From: Candidatus Shapirobacteria bacterium
Lineage (GTDB): Bacteria > Patescibacteriota > Microgenomatia > 0-14-0-10-38-17
Direction: 5' to 3'
DNA: 53,634 nt
Assembly (NCBI GenBank): GCA_018052565.1
Contig: JAGPNC010000004.1
Coordinates: 1 to 53,634, forward strand
Made by a program: the position numbers and the translations under genes. Below are positions 36,283-46,021 of this stretch, piece by piece; the first letter of the stretch is position 1; each line of letters starts with the position of its first letter. The notes under the pieces were generated by a model, which saw only the letters and a list, made by a program, of their open reading frames with translations, was not told the DNA's origin and made no database searches.

Positions 36283-37059
36283 TTATCGCCCCAAAAAAAA
36301 CCAAAATACAAAAGATAGGATGATCCGGCAGAAAGCAAAAATTCGAAAAGAATGGCTCTTGACAAAGCCAAGCAACGCCCTCACCGTTAAGAAGGCAGCC
36401 AAAAAAGCTCCTAAAAATCCTACCAACAAAGCTAAATACTCCTGGTTGGTAAAAGAAAAACCCATTTCTACTAAATCAAGACCCGTAGCGGCGATCATCG
36501 TCGGGATTGCCAAAAGAAAGGAAAACTCGGTCGCGCTTTCACGACTTAAGCCTTCCCCCAAACCGGCAAAAATAGTCACCATCGCCCGGGAAACGCCGGG
36601 AACTAAAGAAAAAGACTGGGCCATACCGATTAAAAAAACCTGAACCAAGCTTAAATCTTTAATTTTCTTCTGATGCTTTCTTTGACTAAAGAAATCCTCT
36701 AGAGCTAACATCAAAATCCCCCCTAAGGCAAGAGAAATAATCACTATTTGAAGATTGCCAAGGAAAACGCCCTTTACCAACGGATAGGCAAAAAATCCAA
36801 TTATCGCGGTCGGCGCAAAAGCCGTTACCACCCGTAGGAAAAGATAACGATTGGAAAAAAACCGGCGGAAATATAAAACCACAACCGCCAAAATTGCCCC
36901 AAGCTGAATAATAATTTCAAAACTTTTTAAAAACTCGCTTTGGGCAAGGCCTAAAAGATGGCCTACCAAAATAAGGTGGCCCGTCGAGGAAATGGGCAGA
37001 AATTCACTCACCCCTTCAATTAAACCCAAGACAAGCGCCTGAAAATAAGTCATCATCAA
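36283..37059 (-). CDS. uppP: Undecaprenyl-diphosphate phosphatase
   Basis: LGLIEGVSEFLPISSTGHLIL, PGVSRAMVTI. Confidence 0.9.
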   Translation of the reverse strand: MMMTYFQALVLGLIEGVSEFLPISSTGHLILVGHLLGLAQSEFLKSFEIIIQLGAILAVVVLYFRRFFSNRYLFLRVVTAFAPTAIIGFFAYPLVKGVFLGNLQIVIISLALGGILMLALEDFFSQRKHQKKIKDLSLVQVFLIGMAQSFSLVPGVSRAMVTIFAGLGEGLSRESATEFSFLLAIPTMIAATGLDLVEMGFSFTNQEYLALLVGFLGAFLAAFLTVRALLGFVKSHSFRIFAFCRIILSFVFWFFLGR

Positions 37060-37105
37060 TTATTATAATATTCCGGAGAATAAAATGCTAAAATAAGCAC
37101 CTAAG

Positions 37106-38119
37106 ATGACAAGACTTCTTTTAGCCATTAGCTTAGTTTTAGCCTTAGCTTCTCGGATAAGAAATATCTCTCTTTTTGATCTTGCCAATCGTTTTGCCTT
37201 AATTTTGGGGTGGCTTGTTCTTGGCTTAATTACCCTTGCAGGAGGAGTAAAACTCGTGGGTGGCTGGAGCTCCCGCTTTAAAAAACCATCTCTTTCTTTA
37301 CTAAAAATAAAAAGGAAAGAACGGGTGCTTTTCTTTACTCCCCACCCTGATGACGAAACCCTTGCCGCTGGCGGCCTAATCAGCCAGCTTTTAGCCCAAA
37401 AAAATCCTCTCAAAATTATTTCTGTTACCCGCGGCAACGCCAACCCCTCTCTTTTCTTCAAGGATAAAAAGATTAAATTTTCGCCGGAAAAATTCATTGA
37501 AACCGGACGTATAAGAGAAGAAGAGGCCAAAAAAGCAATTAAAATCTTAGGCGGGCAAGAAAATAATTTGCTTTTTTGGGATTATCCTGACGGCGTCTTA
37601 TCTTCTTTATGGAAAGATCCCCAGAAATTAATCGCCAGCCAGACAACTAAACTCGACCACTCTCCAGATACCTTGCAAGAATACCGCGGCGAAAATCTTG
37701 TGAAAGATATTAAAAGTGTTATTAAAAAATTTCAGCCCACAATTATTTTTATCCCCCACGAGGAAGATGATAACTCTGATCATCAAGCTGTTTCTTTTTT
37801 TGTTAAAAAAGCGTTAAGGGCCTGCGCGTGGCGGGGAATTGTCTACCAATACCCTCTCCATCTAAAAATCTTTAGACTTTTCCGGTTTTATCCTCCAAAA
37901 AATAAAATTCTTTTCCCCCCGGCGCGCTTCGGTCAAAAAAACTATCACTGGTTTAGCTTCTGGTTATCAAAAGAACAATTAGAAAAAAAGAAAAACGCTC
38001 TTGATTCTTACCAAAGCCAACAAATTATTCCCACCCTGAAAGCACTTTTTAAATCTTTTGAGGCTAAAAATGAAATTTTTGCCCTTTTCGATTATTCTTC
38101 AAAGTCCTCCAAGAGATAA
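37106..38119 (+). CDS. PIG-L/LmbE family deacetylase with N-terminal TM region
   Basis: VLFFTPHPDDETLAAGG, HEEDDNSDH. Confidence 0.8.
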   Translation: MTRLLLAISLVLALASRIRNISLFDLANRFALILGWLVLGLITLAGGVKLVGGWSSRFKKPSLSLLKIKRKERVLFFTPHPDDETLAAGGLISQLLAQKNPLKIISVTRGNANPSLFFKDKKIKFSPEKFIETGRIREEEAKKAIKILGGQENNLLFWDYPDGVLSSLWKDPQKLIASQTTKLDHSPDTLQEYRGENLVKDIKSVIKKFQPTIIFIPHEEDDNSDHQAVSFFVKKALRACAWRGIVYQYPLHLKIFRLFRFYPPKNKILFPPARFGQKNYHWFSFWLSKEQLEKKKNALDSYQSQQIIPTLKALFKSFEAKNEIFALFDYSSKSSKR

Positions 38120-38844
38120 TCCTTCAGCCGCTTATAACTCACCTTAAGATAGACCGCTAAGCCACGGAGAAAGCCAACTTTCATTTTTTCTTGGTACGAA
38201 GATCGTTGACTAGCGATAGTTTGGCGAAAAACTTCAAAAGTTTCCTTAGCATAAGTTTTTACCCAATTCTGTTGTTTGCTAATTTTTTTAAGGTGAAGTG
38301 GCTTATCAGAGACCCAGGGAATCACCGCCACTCTCTTTTTCTTCATTAATTCATTAAGAAAAACTTCCAAACCATAACCTGTTTTTTCCATCTTCTTGAT
38401 TATCCTGTTGTTGAAAGAACTTTTTTTTAAACAGCGCTGTCCGGAAAGAGGCCAAGAGCGATAATAGGGGCTATAGAAAGAAACCAAAACGGCAATCGTC
38501 ATCTCCGCTTGGTTATTTAATACCGGCCAGACAAGAGAAGAAAGGTGGTGCGATTGGAGGTTGATTAAATCGGCATCCAAAAAAAGAAGGTAATCGTACC
38601 GCGCTGTTTTAACTCCCTGAGCCACCGCGTAACCCTTACCACCGTTTTTAGGAAGGTTAATAACTTTAATTTTATCTTTAAAAATCTGAAGTTTTTCCCC
38701 GGTTTTATCCTGCGAGGCATCATTCACAACAATAATTTCTCCCACTTCGGGTGTTTTCAGACAAACACCAACCACCCCGGTGATCGTTTGCTCCTCGTTG
38801 AAGGCCGGGATAACAACACTGACTAGTTTTTTTTCTTCCCCCAT
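38092..38844 (-). CDS. Glycosyltransferase family 2 (polyprenol-phosphate glycosyltransferase-like)
   Basis: VSVVIPAFNEEQTI, VVNDASQDKTGE, FLDADL. Confidence 0.8.
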   Translation of the reverse strand: MGEEKKLVSVVIPAFNEEQTITGVVGVCLKTPEVGEIIVVNDASQDKTGEKLQIFKDKIKVINLPKNGGKGYAVAQGVKTARYDYLLFLDADLINLQSHHLSSLVWPVLNNQAEMTIAVLVSFYSPYYRSWPLSGQRCLKKSSFNNRIIKKMEKTGYGLEVFLNELMKKKRVAVIPWVSDKPLHLKKISKQQNWVKTYAKETFEVFRQTIASQRSSYQEKMKVGFLRGLAVYLKVSYKRLKDYLLEDFEE

Positions 38845-39020
38845 AAGAAAAAGTTAACTAAGGTTAGTTTAGCGCTTTTGTCAAGCGATTTTTGTGCGGT
38901 GTCCAAGACATACTATACACTTTCTAAGACTTGATTACGACTTTTTTGTCAAGAAGGTGTTAAAATTGGCAGGCATTAGTTCGGCCAGTTTTAACAAGGA
39001 GGTGAAAGAGTATAAAGCAT

Positions 39021-39596
39021 AAAGCGGGGATTAACTTCAAAAACCCAAGGAGAGTTAACCCCAAAGCAGTCAGATTGGCGGTTTTGGAGTATCCAGACGC
39101 AAATAAAGGTAATGTTGCCGCTGTCGTCGGAAACTTTGACATTAACCGAACGGCGGTTTATGGCATCGCCAAGAAAGATAGAAAAGGAGACCGCGAGAAC
39201 TGAGCGGGGATTCCAAGATGCCGGCTGGGAAAAACCCTCCCGGGAATAGAAGATAAGGAATTGATGTTAGAAAAAAACCTGCTTAGGGCCAGAAAGATTG
39301 CCACGGTATTTCTTAAAGCACGAGAAGATTCTTGCCCCCGGGGGGTTATCCGTCGTATCCTAAGAAAGAAAGGGAGTTATCTAATCGGTTAAGGGTGAGG
39401 GGAGAAAAGAGAGCTTATCAGTTGGTATGCCGCCAAACCTTTTGAGATTGTCCAAATGGATGTGAAGTTCACCCGCGATCATAAAGCTTTAAGCCGTAAG
39501 CAGATTATCCGTCCCGACCATCATCGGATATCGGATCCCCGATTACCGGCGGGGACTTTGGATATTAACTCTCGTCTTGGTCCGCCGAGCCGCTGA
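39021..39596 (+). pseudogene. Decayed IS481/rve-type transposase
   Basis: HTH-like KAVRLAVLEY...NRTAVYGIAKK is broken by stops. Next comes RGVIRRILRKKG, then AKPFEIVQMDVKFT...LDINSR (integrase-core entry motif). No start codon, several stops, truncated. Confidence 0.65.
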
Positions 39597-39720
39597 CGGG
39601 AAATGCCGCATCCCTCTCTTAGTTACTAAACGCCCCCCAATATCTTCGGCGGGTCATTTCGATCTCCCTTAATTATCTTTTTCGCACGCGATTTTTCCTT
39701 TTTGGGCCGCAAAAAGTATT

Positions 39721-40041
39721 TTATTTTCCTTCTCTAGCTTCTCTCGCCCACTTAGCCCTTGCCTCTGCCCGAGCCTTTTCTAAATCTTCATCACTTGCGC
39801 TTGCAGAAAGACCAAAAGCTCTTCTTGCCACCTCAGCCTCTGCCTCTTCCCGAGCCTTTTTTAAATCTTCATCACTTGCGTCTTCAGGAAGATTATGGAT
39901 TTCTCTTGCTATCCTAGCGTATATCTCTCCCCAATATTTTTCTACTGGATCTTCGTCTCCATGAGGACCATAGATTTCTCTTGCTACCTTCTCCATTATA
40001 TCCTCTTCCCCTGCTCCCTTTGCTCTCTCTGTTTTTGGCAT
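39721..40041 (-). CDS. Small acidic protein with internal duplication, function unknown
   Basis: 106 aa with a strong SD (AAGGAGG 6 nt upstream). It contains the duplicated segment DASDEDLKKAREEAEAE / SASDEDLEKARAEARA. Confidence 0.55.
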   Translation of the reverse strand: MPKTERAKGAGEEDIMEKVAREIYGPHGDEDPVEKYWGEIYARIAREIHNLPEDASDEDLKKAREEAEAEVARRAFGLSASASDEDLEKARAEARAKWAREAREGK

Positions 40042-40741
40042 ATTACCGCCTCCTTTCTTTTGAAATTTATAAAAAATTGGTTATAACGGCTAAAGTATAT
40101 CAAAAACCTATAATTATTACATCTTCGGATTTAAAAATCTTTGGCTAATTTTAATCTTATAAAGATTTTCAATAAAATCAGTTCCGGCATAGCCGGCCAG
40201 AAAAGAAGCTTGCCGCCCGGTATCAGCCAAAATTCTGGCAACAGCTCAAACAATTCCAGAAATTCCGATAGTTATCAAAAAATATTTAGGTTTGAAATGG
40301 TTTGCCTTTTAGTTAGTTTTTTTGACAAAAACGACTAATCCTCTGATTATTCCTTCAAAAAATCCCGTAGGCAAAAAGATATATCAAAAATTTTTCCGTG
40401 TCAAACCAATTATATTATACACCAATCTGCCAAACCCGATAGTAAAGCTTAATCATCACCATTCTTGTCTTATTTTGAGGAAAGCTCCTTCAGGGGATAT
40501 CTTTGGGTGAAACGGCAGAAGCAATAAAGAAAAACCGCGAGGAGAAAGCGCCGACATTATCTGATTTTCCCTGCCCCATAAACCCTAGGATGTTTTTGAT
40601 ATAGAAGTGCTGCGGATGTTTCTCAATTTACGCAAGGAATTTTTAAACATATCCTGGTTTTATCAACAAAATTTAAAATCAGCTTTTCTCTCTGAATATT
40701 TTAGCACAGGGGGCATACTTTCCCTAAGGTTTGCCGGCATC

Positions 40742-41869
40742 TTAGCGGGGAAGGAGGGACGAATATGACAAACCCATCGCCGCCATTACTTCTTCTATTG
40801 TTTTTCTTCCAATTTGCCTGGCGCGATCTCTTCCTCTGACGAGAATTTCCGAAACTTCTTCCGGCCTATTCTCGTAATATCTCCTTCTTTCTCTAATGGG
40901 ATCAAGCATCTTATTTATGGCAATGGCCAATCTTTCCTTAACAACCTTGTCCCCGATTTTTCCCTGACGATATAGCTCTTCTAAGTTTTGAACTTCATCC
41001 TTGTCAGCATTAAAAAGCCTGTGGTAAGTAAAGACCGGATTTTTATCGGGATCCCCCGGAATATCAGCCCTAACTCTGGCGGGATCGGTGTACATTTTCA
41101 TTATTTTTCTAGTAACTTCTTCTGGCGAATCCGAAAGATAGATGGCATTTCCCAAACTCTTGCTCATTTTTTGCTTACCATCGATACCTACTAGAGTTCG
41201 ACATGGTCCTACCAATCCTTCTGGTATAGGAAAAATTGGCCTGAAAATCCTATTAAAAGCTCTGGCAATCTCTCTTGTTTGTTCTATATGGGGCAATTGG
41301 TCTTCTCCCACCGGGACTAGGGTGGCTTTAAAAAGCAAAATGTCTGCTGCTTGAGAAATCGGATAGGTAAGCATGCCCAAGCTCATTTCTGATACACCAT
41401 ACATACCTATCTCCGCCTTAAGGGTAGGGTTTCTTTTGGCTCTGGCAACAGTTACCAAGAAGTTAAACAGATAGGAGAGTTGCATTAGCTCGGGAACTTG
41501 TGATTGGATAACAAAGGTTTTTTCCGGTTTAAGACCAACCCCAAGATAATCAAGCATTACCTCCCTCGCATTTGCCTCAATTTCACGAAAACTAGGCAAA
41601 TGATCGGTGAGAACCTGTAAATCGGCAATGAGAATAAGAGTATCATACTTGTCTTGAAGGCGAACTCTTTCTTCCAAAGTCGCCGCCAAGTGACCCAAAT
41701 GAAGTTTCCCCGTCGGACGATCACCGGTAAGAATTCTGGGGGTAAAAAGAAGACCCCCTTTTCTTTCTCTTTGGCATTCTTCTTTAGGCGTAATATTTTT
41801 GCTTTTTTGCATATATACTCTAAGGCTTTTGATTTTTCGGTTTATAGCATATGCTACATCAGTATACAT
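40742..41869 (-). CDS. trpS: Tryptophan--tRNA ligase with ~45-aa N-terminal extension
   Basis: TGDRPTGKLHLGHL (HIGH-type), GEDQLPHIEQTREIA, KMSKS. The start is uncertain; an alternative Met lies at 41812. Confidence 0.75.
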   Translation of the reverse strand: MYTDVAYAINRKIKSLRVYMQKSKNITPKEECQRERKGGLLFTPRILTGDRPTGKLHLGHLAATLEERVRLQDKYDTLILIADLQVLTDHLPSFREIEANAREVMLDYLGVGLKPEKTFVIQSQVPELMQLSYLFNFLVTVARAKRNPTLKAEIGMYGVSEMSLGMLTYPISQAADILLFKATLVPVGEDQLPHIEQTREIARAFNRIFRPIFPIPEGLVGPCRTLVGIDGKQKMSKSLGNAIYLSDSPEEVTRKIMKMYTDPARVRADIPGDPDKNPVFTYHRLFNADKDEVQNLEELYRQGKIGDKVVKERLAIAINKMLDPIRERRRYYENRPEEVSEILVRGRDRARQIGRKTIEEVMAAMGLSYSSLLPR

Positions 41870-42267
41870 AGAAGCGCAAGGTCTTGAAATATTTGATTAA
41901 ACCTCAAAATAACGCCCCTATCGAAGAAATCAGCGGAAAAGTGTGGAATCTTACGCGTCTTCAGAAAAGAAGAGGCAAAAATTACCTAACTTCATGGTTA
42001 TACCCTATAAATTTTATAACGAAATTGCCTTCTTTAAGCAAAATGCAAAAATGAAAAATTTTATGTTGCCGAATGAGCTAAAAGAGGAGTTGCTAAGAAT
42101 CTGGCAAAAAGAGTTCAATAGTAAAAAGCTGGTAATACGTTCCTCATTAAGAGAAAATTTTCTTGTTTCTGTTGGAATCTAGCCGCGGCTCAAAGCAGTC
42201 GGCAAGAACTTGAGAAAAATTTTGAAAATCTATTAAGGTGCCAGCCTGAGCCCAAATATTTTTTCGG

Positions 42268-43092
42268 TTAATTAATTTCGTAAGTTAGAGTTACCGTTAT
42301 TTCGATTTTATTTTCTCCTGCCTCGATTTGCGGCGTTTCAACCGCCCCCTTCATATCAACCGTCGCTAAACTTTCTAAAGCATAAGGACGAGGGATCTGA
42401 CTTTCTTCACTAAAATTGGTAATCCGCACTAAATTAACTCCCAAAAGAGAAGCTAATTCTTTGGCCTTATCTTTGGCATCTTTAACCGCCTTTTCTCGCG
42501 CCTCTTTCTCCAGCTCTTCCCGATTGTCGATCATAAACTGCAAGTCGCCCAGTTGGTTGGCACCCGCTGCCGCGGTCCCCTCAATAAGGCTGCCAATCTT
42601 CTCCATCTCCCGCACCTTTGCCTCCAGCTCCTGGCGCGCTTCATAGCCCACTAATTGCCGTTGGGAAGAAAGATTTTCGCGCCACTCATAGCGAGGACGA
42701 AGACTAAAAGTAGTCGTTTTTAAATCCTTCTCTTCGACCCCCTGACTCTTAACGAACTTAATCACCGCATTCATCTTTTGAGAGTTTTGCGCCATTGCCT
42801 CAGCGACAGTTTTTGCTTCGGCAACGACAGAAAAAGAAATTAAGGCCAAATCAGGCTTGCCGTAAACCTCGCCCCTGCCACTAACCGCCAGCGTATTTTT
42901 AGTTTCAATTTCCTGACCGATATATTTTCCTTCTTTAATTTTGTTTTGTATCCCCGCCACCGCGGAAACAGTCAGGGTCGCCACAAAAATAACTAAAACC
43001 GCCAAAAGGGCATTTAAAAGCAACCCCTTGTCTTTAAACCCCTTAACAACTGAAGTTATTTCTTGATTTATCATCTCCCAAGATGATAGCAC
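42268..43092 (-). CDS. SIMPL (DUF541) domain protein, membrane anchored
   Basis: GRGEVYGKPDLALISFSVV...AVIKFVKSQGVEEKDLKTTTFSLRPRYEW, typical SIMPL layout. GTG start is uncertain. Confidence 0.75.
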   Translation of the reverse strand: MLSSWEMINQEITSVVKGFKDKGLLLNALLAVLVIFVATLTVSAVAGIQNKIKEGKYIGQEIETKNTLAVSGRGEVYGKPDLALISFSVVAEAKTVAEAMAQNSQKMNAVIKFVKSQGVEEKDLKTTTFSLRPRYEWRENLSSQRQLVGYEARQELEAKVREMEKIGSLIEGTAAAGANQLGDLQFMIDNREELEKEAREKAVKDAKDKAKELASLLGVNLVRITNFSEESQIPRPYALESLATVDMKGAVETPQIEAGENKIEITVTLTYEIN

Positions 43093-43202
43093 AATTTAAA
43101 ACCTGAAAACAATACCTTGCGTCAAAGTTTTTTAATAAAAAGATATCCGCCTAACTTTAATTTACTAATTTACCCATATTTAACTACAGCTTAATTATTC
43201 AC

Positions 43203-44438
43203 TTATAATGCCTCTAATGTTTCCAGCACTCTTTTGGCAATCAATCTTTCCCGGCGATTATCCCCTCCCCAAAACCACCCACAACTGGTAAAGCCCAAAA
43301 GAGAGTAGAGTTTTCCCAAATATTGCTTCCTTTCCCCATCCGCCAATCCAGAGCAGAACCTGGCTTCAAAATTCCTGCCAGCAAAAAGATCCCCTCTTAT
43401 TCGCAACACCCTTTCAATAAAATCAGCCTTTTTTTCTTCTCCAATTTTGAATTTGCCATTAAAAGCGGTTAATTTTTCGTAAAGCTCTCTTCTCTCAGCC
43501 AAAACCGCCGGGGAAGGGGAATCACAAAAACAAGTTCCCTGCCACCGACCCAATTCGTGCGGGCAACTCCAGCTGGAATTTTCTACCAATTCACCATATG
43601 TCTTTCCTTCCTGCGACCTTATTAACGCCTCTTTTAAATTTAAAGGGGCAATGCCATAGGAATCAAAAATATTAGGAGAAAGAACTTCCAGTAAAAATTT
43701 TTCTCGATCGCGTTTATGATGACCAAAAGTTTCCATGTCCACCCCAATCGCCAACTGCTCTCGGCCATACTTGTGCCTTTCCCAAAAGCTAACGGCGTCG
43801 GTTGTTTCCCCGTCGTTAAAGGCAACTTTGCCGCTTTCTGAAGCCTCAAAGCAAAAGATCCCCACTTCTCCCCCCGAGGGTAGAGAAATAAATATCGGCT
43901 GTTCTTTTTTTCTTCCCGGCGGAAACGCCACTTGATCATCCCGCAGGACAACAAATTCATATCCCGCCCTCTTGGCTTGTTCTAAAGTTGATAAGCTAAC
44001 CGCTGTTTCCGGAAGCCACAAGCCCTTAGGATCAAAACCGAAATCTTCTCTAAAGGCTTCTTTCCCCAAATTTAAAAGAAGCCCTTGATCGTCCTCGGGT
44101 AAAAGTGGCAAAATAGCGTGGATAAAGGGATCGCCTAAAACACGATATTCGGGGTCTTTTTGTCTATTTACAAGATCAACCATCTCCCTAAAATCGGCCG
44201 GGTGAGCTGTTTTCAGCCATTCCCGCAGGGTAGAGTAGAAAGAAAAAACCATTCCCTGGGGGAATCTCTCCCCCGACTTTACCAGAATCGGCCAATAAAC
44301 TTCTCTGTAAATTTGCTCGTTTACCTCGGGATAAATTGAAAGCGCTCCGCCGCAGCCATCAGGAAAGGAAAGCTCCCGCGGCGGCTGATAGGCATGAAGG
44401 AAAAAAACTGTTGGCCATGGTTTCCCTTCCGGACTCAT
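43203..44438 (-). CDS. Glycoside hydrolase family 57 protein
   Basis: FFLHAYQPPRE at the N-terminus; WLPETAVS (nucleophile region); VDMETFGHH (acid/base region). Confidence 0.75.
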   Translation of the reverse strand: MSPEGKPWPTVFFLHAYQPPRELSFPDGCGGALSIYPEVNEQIYREVYWPILVKSGERFPQGMVFSFYSTLREWLKTAHPADFREMVDLVNRQKDPEYRVLGDPFIHAILPLLPEDDQGLLLNLGKEAFREDFGFDPKGLWLPETAVSLSTLEQAKRAGYEFVVLRDDQVAFPPGRKKEQPIFISLPSGGEVGIFCFEASESGKVAFNDGETTDAVSFWERHKYGREQLAIGVDMETFGHHKRDREKFLLEVLSPNIFDSYGIAPLNLKEALIRSQEGKTYGELVENSSWSCPHELGRWQGTCFCDSPSPAVLAERRELYEKLTAFNGKFKIGEEKKADFIERVLRIRGDLFAGRNFEARFCSGLADGERKQYLGKLYSLLGFTSCGWFWGGDNRRERLIAKRVLETLEAL

Positions 44439-44498
44439 TTAAGAAAAAAATTTTAGAAGCTATTTCTTCTCAAAGCCCGAAGCCTCTCTAATGTTAAT

Positions 44499-45335
44499 CT
44501 AAAAAAGAAATGATAGCCCTAAAATCAATAAAACAACACCGATGCCGCCTAACCCCAGTGTTACTTCCGGTAGGCCGCTAACTGGCATTTCCTCAGCGGA
44601 AGAAGCGAGCGTGGGAGCTGCCGTTGGCTGAACCTGAGAACCACCGGCCCTAAAAGAAGAAGTGGGGGTAGGGGAGGCCCTTAGGCCCGAGGTCGGCGTG
44701 GGTGTAGAAATTCCTGTCGGCGAAGGAGTCGGCGTGGGCGTAGAAATCCCTGTTGGCAAGGTAGTCGGCGTGGGCGATCCCGTTATCCCGCCGGCAAAGA
44801 TTAAAGTAGCCGCCGAGCGGTTTATAATCACATTAGCACCCCCTTCCTGAAGAGCTGCGGCCTGGGTTTCGGGCGAAAAACTTATCTGTGTATTTTTTTC
44901 TGTTGCTGTGGCCACTGTTTCTTTCACTAAGAAATGAAGGGTAGCCGCCACCCCCTGCCCGCTTTTTGGTCCGCCCGGAGGCGCTCCCAAAATATAAACT
45001 AGTTGTCCCGGAATGCTTGTGTCTTTTTTAAGCTCTACCGGCGAGGAAAAAAATGAGCCCGGGGCAACACTTTTTAAATTTAAATATTCAGTCGCATAGT
45101 TAATATGAAGCTCAATTGCCGCCACCACATTCTCGTTGGTATTAATAACCACGTTTAGATCGATTTCGTCGCCGGGCCGAACTAAACGACTGGCCGGTTC
45201 AAGAGCAATTGTTGTTGCCGGAGCGGCTTTAGTGCGAGTTTCCTGTCGTTGCTTGACCAAGAAAGAAACCCCTATGATCACCCCTATTCCTAAAATTGCC
45301 CCTCCAACCAGCAAAAAATTCTTTTTATTTTTCAT
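44499..45335 (-). CDS. Cohesin-like domain protein with Pro/Thr-rich stalk and C-terminal hydrophobic anchor
   Basis: N-terminal TM segment; cohesin-like beta domain (IDLNVVINTNENVVAAIELHINY...GVAATLHFLVKE); repeated GISTPTPTP stalk; C-terminal GLPEVTLGLGGIGVVLLILGLSFLF. Start at MKNKKNF (45335) avoids overlap with the upstream gene. Confidence 0.65.
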   Translation of the reverse strand: MKNKKNFLLVGGAILGIGVIIGVSFLVKQRQETRTKAAPATTIALEPASRLVRPGDEIDLNVVINTNENVVAAIELHINYATEYLNLKSVAPGSFFSSPVELKKDTSIPGQLVYILGAPPGGPKSGQGVAATLHFLVKETVATATEKNTQISFSPETQAAALQEGGANVIINRSAATLIFAGGITGSPTPTTLPTGISTPTPTPSPTGISTPTPTSGLRASPTPTSSFRAGGSQVQPTAAPTLASSAEEMPVSGLPEVTLGLGGIGVVLLILGLSFLF

Positions 45336-45339
45336 AAAA

Positions 45340-45912
45340 TTATTCTGCTTTTTCTTCAATTTTAATTTTTAGAGGCCGAGCTGACTTTACCACGTTTTTC
45401 TCTTCCCCTATCGCCGCCGCTTGGGTTTGCGCTGAAAAATTGACCAAAGTTTCTCCTTTGTGGCCTTTCTCCTTGACCAAAAAATTAATTAAAACCAAAT
45501 TCCCTTTCCCTTGCCGCGGCTTTTGCGGGGAACACAAAAAAGTAAAAAATGCCTTCCCTTCCGCATTATCAATTCTTTGCTCTGCTACCGTTGCCGGCGT
45601 AAAAAAATCTCCCGGCAAAATGCTGATAATTTCTAAGAATTTATCTTCAAACTCCAGCCCAATTTCTATCCCCGCAAGAATATTTTGCCCCGAGTCGACC
45701 ATCAACATCACCGGTACGGTTTTGCCTGCTTCTGCGACGATTTCCTCCGGCTGCCAATAGAAACTTGTCTGCGCCTGTGGACCAAACCGAGAATTTTTTC
45801 TTAACCACCAATTTAGAAAAAGAACCACTAAGAGAGCTAAAAAAAGCCCTCCCAGAAGAAGGTTTTTCTTCTCCGCGCGCTTTGGTTTTTTTTCCTGATT
45901 AATTTCCTTCAT
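45340..45912 (-). CDS. Cohesin-like domain protein, N-terminally anchored
   Basis: TM segment, then VPVMLMVDSGQNILAGIEIGLEFEDKFLEIISILPGDFF...GNLVLINFLVKEKG (cohesin-like pattern). Confidence 0.6.
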   Translation of the reverse strand: MKEINQEKKPKRAEKKNLLLGGLFLALLVVLFLNWWLRKNSRFGPQAQTSFYWQPEEIVAEAGKTVPVMLMVDSGQNILAGIEIGLEFEDKFLEIISILPGDFFTPATVAEQRIDNAEGKAFFTFLCSPQKPRQGKGNLVLINFLVKEKGHKGETLVNFSAQTQAAAIGEEKNVVKSARPLKIKIEEKAE

Positions 45913-46021
45913 TTTTATAAAGAGATTAGGATACTTTTGGCGTTTCCTCTTCTTTTGGCGCTATTATTAATAGCGACGGCGCCAAAATCTTATTAAAATC
46001 CTGCCCCGAAATATTGGTTTT

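Noticed and set aside
36117-36371. 84-aa minus-strand ORF overlapping the uppP 3' end
   Set aside because: It overlaps uppP out of frame and continues into the non-coding gap. It has no RBS or motif.
37063-37530. 155-aa minus-strand ORF
   Set aside because: It is antisense to the PIG-L deacetylase gene, which has clear motifs (HPDDE). The ORF has no motif of its own.
41870-42267. T-box leader or small ORF (41943-42182, 79 aa) upstream of trpS
   Set aside because: I could not find the conserved T-box sequence or a specifier/antiterminator layout. The 79-aa ORF is on the opposite strand, lacks an RBS and has AT-rich low-information composition.
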